DNA of 64,000 nt, taken from positions 112,827 to 176,826 of the forward strand of contig CAVUQW010000001.1 of assembly GCA_963743745.1 (NCBI GenBank), written 5' to 3'. Source of the DNA: an uncultured Solirubrobacteraceae bacterium (GTDB lineage Bacteria; Actinomycetota; Thermoleophilia; Solirubrobacterales; Solirubrobacteraceae). The notes below the pieces were generated by a model that was not told the origin of the DNA, made no database searches, and was given only the letters and a program-made list of their open reading frames with translations. The position numbers and the translations under genes were made by a program. Below, one piece after another: positions 55,270 to 64,000 of this stretch (position 1 is the first letter of the stretch; the number at the start of each line of letters is the position of its first letter).

Positions 55270-56038
55270 TCATCGGACCCAAGCGATCCCGGCCTGCCTA
55301 CCGGTGGCCTTGCCCTGGCGGCGGTGGGAGAAGAAGCGCTCATCGCAGATCGTGCATGCCTCGGCGTGTGAGACGCCTCCAACGCCGGCGGCGAGCAGCT
55401 TGTCGCGGGCGATCGCGCGCAGGTCGATGTTCTTGCCTCGGCGATATCCCTCAGGTGCGGACCCCGCTCCGCCCGGGCTGACTTGGCCCGCGAAGGCGGC
55501 GTGCACCTCCTCGCCGACCTCGTAGCAGCAGACGCCCGCGCAGGGCCCGACGACTGCCTCGATCGGACCGGTCGCGCCCAGCTCGTGCAGTGCGTGGACG
55601 GCCTGCTCGAGCACGCCTGCCGCGAGCCCGCGCCAGCCGGCGTGGGCCATCGCGACGACGGCCCCTCCGTCGTCCTTCTCGGCACCGAGCGCGACGGGCA
55701 GGCAGTCGGCGGTAAGCACCATCACGCCGACCCCCACGAGCGCCGTGGCGTGTCCGTCGGCGTCGATCGCGACCGCCTCTCCCCCGCTTCCTGCGATCTC
55801 GCGCACCCGCTGCACGGTCGAGCCGTGGACCTGGCGGCTCGCGCAGAGCCAGTCCAGGCCGAGTTCCTCGCACAGCCGGTCGCGCGCTGCGCGCCCATGC
55901 TCGTGTCCGTCGCCGGTCTGGGTCGAGAGATTGCCGTGGGCGCGCGAGGTGAAGAGCACCTGGGCGCCGCCAGGCAAGCTGGCTCGAGGACGTGTCGTAG
56001 GCGTGTCGGGCCAGTCGCGATGATTCAGGCTCGGGCAT
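55270..56038 (-). CDS. pgeF: YfiH/PgeF family protein (start approximate)
   Basis: QVHG, TADC.P, HAGWRG, CCYEVG, CT.C..FFSHRR..GRQ. Confidence 0.9.
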
Positions 56039-56056
56039 GGAAAGCGTTCGTAGCGC

Positions 56057-57400
56057 CTACGGTCCTCGAGCGCCGCGCGCAAGCTCTGCGTCGCGCTCGT
56101 CCTCGCCGGCGGTCAGCTCCCCGTCGAGCTTGCGCATCAGGGCGCGGCGCAGGCGTCGGCCGATCTCGGGACCCTGGCGCATGCCGGCGTCGAGGAGGTC
56201 ATCGCCGTCGATCGCCAGCTTCACGTGGCGCAGCTGCGAGAGCCAGCGCCGCGCCGCGTCGGCCGCGTCGGCGTGGCCCGCGACGTCGCCGATCGCGCCG
56301 CCGAGCGCGACCGCCTCGAGCGGCTCGCCGTGGGCGACCTCGTAGATCTGCGACGGCCTGCTCGGCTCGCTGCAGGCGCTCTGCGAGCGGGCGCGAGGAT
56401 CGCGCTGTGCACCGTGCGCTCGCGCTCGGCCGCCGGGGAACTCCCAGCCGTCGAGCAGCACGCGCAGGCGCGTCTCGTAGTCGTCGTGTCGATAGGAGTG
56501 CCCGGGCCGCAGCAGCGAGGCGAGCAGCAGCACGTCCGGCCAGGCTTCCGGCGGCGCCGGCAGCTCTCGCGAGGGCCGCGCGCGCGAGCGGCGCGTCGAG
56601 CTCGATCGCCTCGTGCAGCGCCGAGAGCACGCCGAAGCTGCTCCAGCGACTCGAGCGCGGCCACCGGATCGGGCTCTGCGAGCGCAAGGCGCAGCTCGGC
56701 GCCGATGCGCGCCGGGGAGACCGTGTCGAGTGCGCCGGCGGCGATCGCCTGCTCGGCCAGGCGCGCAGTTCGATCGTCGGGCTCGAAGCCCAGGCGCGCG
56801 CGGTATCGAGCCATGCGCAGGAGACGCGTGGGGTCGTCGAGGAAGCTCTGATCGTGCAGCACGCGCAGAACGCGGGCGTCCAGGTCCTCGACTGCCTCCG
56901 TGGAGCGCCGTCCGGAACGCCGGGCGCGGGCCGTTCAGCGCGATCGAGAGCGTGTTGACGGTGAAGTCGCGGCGACGCAGGTCGTCCTCGCGCGTGCCCA
57001 CGGTGACTTCAGGCAACGCGCCTGGCGCCGGATAGCGCTCCGAGCGCCGAGTCGCCACGTCGATCTGCCCGCCCGGCCAGGAGACGAGCGCGGTGCGAAA
57101 GCGCTCGTGGAAGGTCGTCTCGAAGCGTTCTTTGGGGTTCTCGCCGGCGAGCGCCTGCAGCTCGCGGGCGAGCTCGCGCGCGAATCCGGCTGCGTCATCG
57201 TGCACGACGACGTCCAGCTCGCGGGGCGTCGTTCCCAGGGCCAGGTCACGCACGGCGCCGCCGATCAGGACGACCTCGTCATCTCGGCTCTGCGCCAACG
57301 CAAGCAGCTCAGGGCCGCCCGCCAACCCGCGCAGCCGCTCGATCATCGCCGGACCGTCGATCCGTACCTGCTTCACGCGCGACCCGTCCACGCTCGACAC
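56057..57400 (-). CDS. cca: CCA-adding enzyme family tRNA nucleotidyltransferase (indels)
   Basis: GGAVRD, D.DVVV, DVAT.R.E.Y..PGALP.V, DL.RRDFTVN, SF.DDPTR. Confidence 0.88.
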   Translation of the reverse strand: MSSVDGSRVKQVRIDGPAMIERLRGLAGGPELLALAQSRDDEVVLIGGAVRDLALGTTPRELDVVVHDDAAGFARELARELQALAGENPKERFETTFHERFRTALVSWPGGQIDVATRRSERYPAPGALPEVTVGTREDDLRRRDFTVNTLSIALNGPRPAFRTALHGGSRGPGRPRSARAARSELPRRPHASPAHGSIPRAPGLRARRSNCAPGRAGDRRRRTRHGLPGAHRRRAAPCARRARSGGRARVAGAASACSRRCTRRSSSTRRSRARPSRELPAPPEAWPDVLLLASLLRPGHSYRHDDYETRLRVLLDGWEFPGGRARAHGAQRDPRARSQSACSEPSRPSQIYEVAHGEPLEAVALGGAIGDVAGHADAADAARRWLSQLRHVKLAIDGDDLLDAGMRQGPEIGRRLRRALMRKLDGELTAGEDERDAELARGARGP

Positions 57401-57424
57401 CGTGCCTCGGCCTCGCGCGCGGCC

Positions 57425-58207
57425 TCAGCCCACGCGCACAGGTATCCCGGCCGCGACCAGGTGCGCCTTGGCCTCGGCGATCGTGTGGCGGCCGTAGTGG
57501 AAGATCGAAGCGCACAGCGCCGCGTCGGCGCCGGCGCGCAGGGCCTGCGCGAGGTGGTCGAGCTCGCCGGCCCCGCCCGAGGCGATCACCGGCACGCTGA
57601 CGGCCTCGCTGACGGCTTCGATCAGAGGCAGGTCATAGCCGTCGTTCGTGCCGTCGCGGTCCATGCTCGTCAGCAGGATCTCGCCCGCGCCGCGCTCGAC
57701 GCCCTCGCGCGCCCACTCGACCACGTCGCGCCCCGTCGGCGTGCGCCCGCCCGCAAGGTAGGCCTCCCACTTCGACGGGTGCTCGAGCCCCTCGCCGACG
57801 AACGGGTCCGCTTTCGCGTCGATCGCCAGCACCACGCACTGCGAGCCGAACACCTCGGCCAGCTCGTTGATCAGCTCCGGGCGCTGCAGCGCCGCCGAGT
57901 TGACCGAGACCTTGTCGGCGCCCGCGTCGAGCACCGCCTGAGCATCCTCCGCCGAGCGGATGCCGCCGCCGATCGTGAACGGCACGAACACGTCGTCCGC
58001 CGTCGCGCGCGCCAGCTTGGCGATCGTGTCGCGCTTCTCGTGCGTCGCCGTGATGTCGAGGAAGATCAGCTCGTCCGCGCCCTCGCGGTCGTAGTGCGCC
58101 GCCAGCTCGACCGGGTCGCCCGCGTCGCGGATGTCGAGGAATTCGACGCCCTTGACGACGCGCCCCGCGTCGACGTCGAGGCACGGGATGATGCGCTTGA
58201 AGTGCAC
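57425..58207 (-). CDS. hisF: Imidazole glycerol phosphate synthase cyclase subunit
   Basis: [38 protein letters not shown]. Confidence 0.97.
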   Translation of the reverse strand: MHFKRIIPCLDVDAGRVVKGVEFLDIRDAGDPVELAAHYDREGADELIFLDITATHEKRDTIAKLARATADDVFVPFTIGGGIRSAEDAQAVLDAGADKVSVNSAALQRPELINELAEVFGSQCVVLAIDAKADPFVGEGLEHPSKWEAYLAGGRTPTGRDVVEWAREGVERGAGEILLTSMDRDGTNDGYDLPLIEAVSEAVSVPVIASGGAGELDHLAQALRAGADAALCASIFHYGRHTIAEAKAHLVAAGIPVRVG

Positions 58208-58230
58208 CCGGCCTACGGTAGCCCGTCTGT

Positions 58231-58505
58231 TCAGGGGGCGGCGGGAACGACTACGTAGCCGCACGCAACTGTTACGTCCAACGCGCGGTCCCATCGACGG
58301 CGACGAGCGGCCATCACCGGCGCTGCTCGGCGACGAGGTCCGATACTGGCTCGGGCGAGTGGAGCTGCCGGTGCTCCGTGCTGGCCCGCTTGCGTCGGGT
58401 GGGCTCTCGCACGAGCTCGCGTGCACGCAGATCAGCGAGCGGGTCCACTCCGCTCGTCGGAGAAAGACGAACTTCGGCCCTCGGAGCTGGCTTATCTGAC
58501 GTCAT
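58231..58505 (-). pseudogene. Collapsed vapBC-like toxin-antitoxin remnant (63 aa + 27 aa ORFs)
   Basis: ...DPLADL.AR.LV..P...[10 protein letters not shown] coupled by TGATG to [27 protein letters not shown]. Confidence 0.5.
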
Positions 58506-58590
58506 TAGGTGAGAGTAGACGCTGCAGACGATGCAAGATTCGAGCCGACCCAGGCGGCGGGTACGGTCCACGACGCCCGCCCCACGCGAC

Positions 58591-59343
58591 TCAGCCGTCG
58601 AGCACGGCCAGCGCCTCGGCGACCGTGAAGCGCCGCTCGTACAGCGCCTTGCCGACGATCACGCCGTCGAGGCCGTCGAGCTGCTGCTCGGAGCGCAGCG
58701 TCGCGATCGCCTGCAGGTGCTCGAAGCTCGCCGATGCCGCCCGAGAGGATCAGCCTGCCGTCGTCGAGCCGCGCGCGACCGCGCTCGCAGCGTCCTCGCG
58801 GTCGATCCCGTCGAGCATCCCGTCGTGGTCGATGTTCGTGTAGACGAAGTGCTTGATGCCGCCGGAGCCCTCGCTCCAGCGTTCGATCGCCTCGCGCGCC
58901 GGGACCTCCGTGGCCTCCAGCCAGCCGTGCGTCGCTACGAAGCCGGCGCGCGCGTCGATCGAGATCAGCACGTTCTCGTGGCCGTGCTCTTCCATCGCGC
59001 GAAACGGCAGCTCCGGGTCCGTGAAGATCGCCGTTCCCAGGATCACGCGGCTCGCGCCGGCTTCGAACGCCTTCTGAATCGACACGTCCGAGCGCAGGCC
59101 GCCGCCGAACTGCACCGGCAGGCCGAGCTCCTCGACGATCGCGCGCAGGTGCTCGATGTTGACCGGCTCGCCGCTCTTCGCGCCGTCGAGGTCGACCACG
59201 TGCAGGTAGCGCGCGCCTTCCTCCGCGAACGCGCGCGCCGCCGACAGCGGGTCCTGGTCGTAGACCTTCTTCGCCTCGAAGTCGCCCTTGATGAGGCGCA
59301 CCGCGTTGCCGCCGAGGATGTCGATCGCCGGGTAGAGGTTCAC
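58591..59343 (-). CDS. hisA: ProFAR isomerase (indels near the C-terminus)
   Basis: YPAIDI..G..VRL..G, HVVDLDGA, GGGLR, T.I..DGM..G; SGGI and GKALYE in shifted frames. Confidence 0.93.
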
Positions 59344-59355
59344 GGCGCCGAGGCG

Positions 59356-60045
59356 TCAGATGCCGGCTCGCACGCCGGTCGCGTCCGTCGCGCTCGGCTC
59401 GCGCGCCGCCACGCAGATCCGGGCGAAGTTCGCCAGCAGGCGCAGACCCGCCGCCGAGGACTTCTCCGCGTGGAACTGCACGCCGTAGAACGAGCCCTTC
59501 TGCACGGCCGTCACGAACGGCGCGCCGTATGTCGCCGTGCCGAGCACGTCCTCTTCGCGCTCCGGCTCCGCCGCCAGCGAGTGCACGTGGTAGAAGGCGC
59601 ATTCCAGCGGCAGCCCCGCGATCAGCGGCGAGTCAGGTTTGGTGAAGCGGACCTCGTTCCAGCCGATGTGCGGCAGCTTCAGCGTGCCCGCGCGCAGCCC
59701 GTGCACCTCGCCCGCGATCAGGCCCAACCCGTCCGCGCCGCCCAGCTCGCTCGAGTGCTCGAACGCCAGCTGCAGGCCCAGGCAGATGCCGAGCACCGGC
59801 GCGCCCGCCGCCACGCGGTCGCGGATCAGCTCGTCCAGGCCCAGCTCGCGCAGCTTCTCCATCGCGCGCGGGAACGCGCCCACGCCCGGCACGACCAGGC
59901 CGTCGGCCCGGCGCAGGTGCTCGAGGTCCGAGCTGACGCTCGCGCGCGCGCCGACGTGCTCGAGCGCCTTCTCGACCGAACGGCGGTTGCCCATTCCGTA
60001 GTCGACCACGGCGATCTCGACCGGCTCCTCGACGAGCGGCGTCAT
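59356..60045 (-). CDS. hisH: IGP synthase glutaminase subunit
   Basis: DYGMGN, PGVGAF, GICLG.Q, PHIGWN, QFHAEKS. Confidence 0.96.
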   Translation of the reverse strand: MTPLVEEPVEIAVVDYGMGNRRSVEKALEHVGARASVSSDLEHLRRADGLVVPGVGAFPRAMEKLRELGLDELIRDRVAAGAPVLGICLGLQLAFEHSSELGGADGLGLIAGEVHGLRAGTLKLPHIGWNEVRFTKPDSPLIAGLPLECAFYHVHSLAAEPEREEDVLGTATYGAPFVTAVQKGSFYGVQFHAEKSSAAGLRLLANFARICVAAREPSATDATGVRAGI

Positions 60046-60672
60046 GACGTCAGCGTCCCCTTCGTGCTCGGCACGCCCGTCTCGCTCGGGTCGATCGACG
60101 CCGCCTGGCGCAGCGCCCGCGCGAACGCCTTGAACGCCGCCTCGATCATGTGGTGCGCGTTCGTGCCCGCTTCCACGCGCAGGTGGAGCGTCAGCTTGGC
60201 CGCGTTCGCCAGCGCGCGGAAGAACTCCTCCGTCAGCTCGTGGTCGAAGCCGCCCGTCGAGCCCGGCGGCAAGTCCGCCTCGAACAGCGTGAACGGCCGG
60301 CCCGAGATGTCCAGCGCGCAGCTCGCGCGGGCCTCGTCCATCGGCACCGTCGCCGCGCCGTAGCGGACGATCCCGCTGCGGTCGCCCAGCGCGCCGTCGA
60401 GCGCCTGGCCGAGCACGATCGCCGTGTCCTCAGCCGTGTGGTGCGCGCCCGTCTCCAAGTCGCCCGTGACCTTCACTTTCAGGTCCAGGCGGCCGTGGCG
60501 CGCGAGCAGGTCGAGCATGTGGTCGAGGAAGCCCACGCCCGTCTCGCGTGTGCCCGCCCCCGTGCCTTCGAGCGTCAGCGACAGGCGCACGTCCGTCTCG
60601 CCCGTGCGACGCTCGATGCTCGCCGTCCTTTCGTTCTCTTTACTCATAAAAATCGTCGTTCGGCTCAGCCAT
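60042..60672 (-). CDS. hisB: Imidazoleglycerol-phosphate dehydratase (start at 60672 or 60647)
   Basis: R.T.ET, GFLDHML, HHT.ED, PMDEA, N.HH..EA.FKA, PSTKG. Confidence 0.95.
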
Positions 60673-61985
60673 CTGCCGTCATTGTCGCCGATGCGCGCCT
60701 CCATCGAGCGCGCGTGCCACTCGAAGCCCTCCGCCCGCGCGATCGGCACGCCCGCGCTCGCCAGCTTGCCCGCGCCGGCCGGCGTGACGCGCACCTCGGC
60801 CATGCGCCGGCGGAAGTGGCGCGGGGAGAGCATCGAGGCGAAGCGCGCCGCGCCGACCGTCGGCAGGATGTGGTTCGAGCCGGCCACGTAGTCGCCGAAC
60901 GCCGTCGCGCTCGACGCGCCCACGAACAGGCAGCCCGCCGAGCGCACGCGCGAGGCCTGCGCCTCGACGTCCGCGCCGATCAGCTGCAGGTGCTCCGGCG
61001 CGAACTCGTTCGCGATCTGGATCGCCTGCTGGGAGTCGAGCGCCTGCACGAGCGCGAACGTGCCCGCCGCCGCGCCGCTCGCCGGAAGCTCCGCGTCCAG
61101 CCGCTCGAGCGCGTTGCCCAGCGCCTCGATCGCGCCCGGGCCGGCCGAGACGCCGACGACCAGGCTGCCCTCGCCGTGCTCGCCCTGCGCCAGCATGTCC
61201 AGCGCCGCCAGCTCCACGTCGCCCTCGTTCAGCTCCGCGCCGAGCACGACGAGCAGGTCGCTCGGGCCCGCGAAGCCGTCGATCCCGACCTTCGCCGAGA
61301 GCTGCGCCTTGGCCTCCTGCACGTACAGGTTGCCCGGCCCCACGATCACGTCCACGCGCTTGACCGTCTCCGTGCCGTACGCCAGCGCCGCGATCGCCTG
61401 CGCGCCGCCCATCCGGTAGACGCGCTCGACGCCGCACAGCCGGCACGCGCCGAGGATCGCCGCGTCGATCTCGCCGTCCTCACCGGGCGGGCTGCACACG
61501 GCCACGTCGAACACGCCCGCCGCGCGCGCCGTGACGACGCCCATCGCGACCGTGCTCGGATACGGCGCGCGGCCGCTCGGGACGTAGATCGCCGCCGAGT
61601 CGACCGGCAGCTCGCGCAGCGCGATCCGCTGGCCCTGGGGCAGGTCGACCGTCGCGTCGCGGCCGACGCCCGCGTCGGCCACCTGCGCGACGTTGGAGAT
61701 CGTCACCTGCAGGCCCGCCACGAGCTCCAGCGGCATGCGCTTGATCGCCTCGTCGAGGTCCTCCGGCGCGACGAGCAGCGGGCTCGGCTCGACGCCCTTC
61801 GTGTCGAACTGGCGCGTGTAGTGGAGGACGGCCGCATCGCCGCCGTCGCGGACCTTCTCGACGATCTCGCGCACGGGGCCCTCGACGGAGTCGCCGTCGG
61901 GCACGAGCGCGCGCAGGTGCGCCGCCACGCCGGGCGGGCCGCCGAGGCGCTCGAGCTCGGCTATCTCGACGCGCTCGATTCGCAT
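60644..61985 (-). CDS. hisD: Histidinol dehydrogenase (reads into hisB as given; probable homopolymer indel)
   Basis: YVP.G...YPS, GGAQAIAALAYGT, GPGN.YV, AGPS, PEHL, GDY.AG.NH.LPT. Confidence 0.95.
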
Positions 61986-61988
61986 CGC

Positions 61989-62663
61989 TCAGCCGACGCC
62001 GGCGGCCGTGAGCGCGCGCAGCTGCTGCAGCAGGGCGTCGATCTGCGCCGCCTTCAGCTTGTGCGAGACCGGGTTGGCGATCAGGCGCGCCGTGCAGACG
62101 ACGATCTTCTCGCGCTCGACCAGGTTGTTCTCGCGCAGCGTCGTGCCCGTCGCCGTGAGATCGACGATCGCGTCGACCATGCCCGTCAGCGGCGCCAGCT
62201 CGACCGAGCCCTTGACCTCGACGATCTCGCCCTGGCGACCCGTTTCCTCCAGGTAGCGCGCGGCGATCCGCGGGTACTTCGTCGCCACCCGCATCACGCC
62301 GAGGCGGCGCAGCGACTCGAGCGCCGGATCGGGGCCGGCCTTGCTCGCGAGGATCATCGTGCAGCGCCCGAAGCCGAGGTCCATCAGCTCGTACACGTCG
62401 CGGCCGCGCTCGCCCGGGGCGTGCGCGAGCTGCTCGAGCAGCACGTCCTTGCCGGTCACGCCGATGTCGGCCGCGCCGGCCTCCACGTACGTGGGCACGT
62501 CGGACGGGCGCATCGTGACGACGCCGATGTCCTCGAACAGCAGCTTGCGGTCGTTCGTGCGCAGCTCCTCCGTGTCGAGCCCGAGCGAGGCGAGCAGGTC
62601 GACCGTGCCGCCGAACAGGGCGCCGCGCGGGACGGCGATCGTCAGACCAAGGTCCGGGCTCAT
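61989..62663 (-). CDS. hisG: ATP phosphoribosyltransferase, short form
   Basis: DVPTYVE.G.AD.G..GKDVL.E, ATKYP, GSVELAP, D..ATG.TL..N.L. Confidence 0.96.
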   Translation of the reverse strand: MSPDLGLTIAVPRGALFGGTVDLLASLGLDTEELRTNDRKLLFEDIGVVTMRPSDVPTYVEAGAADIGVTGKDVLLEQLAHAPGERGRDVYELMDLGFGRCTMILASKAGPDPALESLRRLGVMRVATKYPRIAARYLEETGRQGEIVEVKGSVELAPLTGMVDAIVDLTATGTTLRENNLVEREKIVVCTARLIANPVSHKLKAAQIDALLQQLRALTAAGVG

Positions 62664-63675
62664 CGCGCCTCTCCCGCGGCGGCAACCGTGCGCAGCTCCG
62701 ACAGCGCCCCCGTGCCGCGTTCCTCGCCCGCCAGCGCCTGGTGCAGCGAGTCGACGTACAGCGCGAAGCCGACCGCCGGCAGGCTGCGCCCGAAGCGCCC
62801 GAGCAGCTCGTCGTAGCGCCCGCCGCCGCCGATCGGAGCGCCGATCGCGGGGTCGTAGACCTCGAACACGGCGCCCGTGTAGTAGCCGATGTTGCGGATC
62901 AGGCCGAGGTCGAAGATCACGCGCGCCGCGACGCTCGGATCGAGCAGCTCGTACACGCGGCGCATGCCCGTGACCGCCTCGACGGCAGGCGCCGGCGCGT
63001 CGGTCAGCAGCTCCGGCCCGCCGCGGCGCTGGGGCACGTCGAGCAGCAGCTCGGCCGCCTCGCCGGAGACGCCCGCCTCGTCGAGCAGGTGCTCGAGCTC
63101 GACGAAGTTGCGCCGCACGAGCGCTTCGCAGCAGGCCGTCGCGGTGATCCTCGCGGCACCTGCAGGCTCTCCATCAGCGCCGGGAACAGCGAGGCGTCGC
63201 CGACGCCGATGCGGAAGTCTTTGAGGCCGACGGCCTCGAGCGATGAGCACAGCACGGTGAGCGCTTCCGCGGTGCCCTCCGGTGCGGGCGCGCCGATCAG
63301 CTCGATCCCGGCCTGCAGCATCTCGCGCAGCTGCCCGCGCGCGGGGCGCACGCCGCGGTAGGTGTGGGCGAAGTAGCAGAAGCGCAGCGGCGTCGGGCTG
63401 TCGGCGTAGCGGGTGGCGACGACGCGCGCGATCGGCGCGGTCATGTCGGAGCGCAGCACGAGCACGGCGCCGGTCTCGTCGAACACGCGGTAGGCGGGAC
63501 GCGCTTCGGCCATGTCGGCGCGCGCGAGCACCGACTCGTACTCGAGCGCGGGCGTGTAGATCTCGCCGTAGCCGTGCTCGTCGAACACGCGGCGCAGCGT
63601 GTCTGTGATCAGGCGCACCTCGCCGGTCTCCTGTGGGAGCACGTCGCGGGTGCCTGAGGGAATTGGGTGAATCAT
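62660..63675 (-). CDS. hisZ: ATP phosphoribosyltransferase regulatory subunit (indel near 63150)
   Basis: P.GTRD.LP, LR.DMT.PIAR, QAG.EL.G, YYTG..F, GGRYD.L...FG. Confidence 0.93.
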
Positions 63676-63738
63676 CTCGCAGACGAGATTACGCGGTCCC
63701 TTGGGACGGTACGCTCCCGCGGGAACGCCCGGGCGCAA

Positions 63739-63987
63739 TCAGGCGTAGACCAGCTCCGACCGCGCCTCCATCGCCACAGGCCCGTGGCGCAGAGGGGCGA
63801 GCGTCACCCTCGGCGGCTCGGCACCCGGCGCCGCAAGGACCAGCGCGATCCCTTCCGCCATGTTCTCACGCAGCTCCTCGAGGTTGTCTCCGGTGGCGAA
63901 GACACCTGGGAACTCCTCGACCGTGGCCCAGTACACGTCATCCTCGAGGCGCACGCTCACGTGCAGCGGCTTAGGTGGCTCAGACAT
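63739..63987 (-). CDS. HicB-like antitoxin (short, RNase H-like domain only)
   Basis: YWA.V.EFPG.FATGD.LEEL..N..E.I.L.L. Confidence 0.85.
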   Translation of the reverse strand: MSEPPKPLHVSVRLEDDVYWATVEEFPGVFATGDNLEELRENMAEGIALVLAAPGAEPPRVTLAPLRHGPVAMEARSELVYA

Positions 63988-64000
63988 CGGCTCCATGATC

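Noticed and set aside
60042-61985. Apparent HisD-HisB fusion (647-aa ORF)
   Set aside because: Removing one A from the A5 run at 60648-60652 ends hisD at a TGA (60644-60646) and puts an upstream ATG (60672, after GACAAT) in frame with hisB. A homopolymer error is the simplest explanation given the indel load.
60150-62816. Very long alternative ORFs (also 4034-6337, 7263-9347, 58531-60363)
   Set aside because: These are antisense or off-frame shadows of real genes; stop codons are scarce in high-GC DNA and the translations have no motifs.

Overview
High-GC actinobacterial chromosome segment, most consistent with Thermoleophilia/Solirubrobacterales (inferred from a single-motif RsiG, short EF-Ts, HisG(short)+HisZ and gene order). 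About 70 genes. The right half is mostly housekeeping: his operon, cca, pgeF-yggS-sepF-proC-yggT-lspA-rluD, rpsB-tsf-pyrH-frr-uppS-cdsA-dxr-rseP-ispG, sodA, proS, pgsA2-rsiG-garA-merR-apt, nadE. The left half is more accessory: lipid catabolism enzymes, hydrolases, P450, dinB and secreted Cys/Lys-rich proteins. Many genes, including essential ones, carry single-base frameshifts, which points to uncorrected long-read indels rather than pseudogenes. No rRNA, tRNA, CRISPR or IS transposase was recognised by eye. Best leads: (1) a sigma-region-4 / anti-sigma / TM / RskA-like fusion that lacks sigma region 2; (2) an RlpA-like gene behind a c-di-AMP riboswitch whose promoter also has a perfect LexA-type box and a class II-positioned CRP site; (3) an unrecognised four-hairpin RNA with its own promoter upstream of proS; (4) a c-di-GMP anti-sigma RsiG placed in the garA/merR cluster; (5) collapsed toxin-antitoxin scars inside housekeeping loci. 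All calls come from motif reading, with no database searches. Starts and ends of frameshifted genes are approximate.
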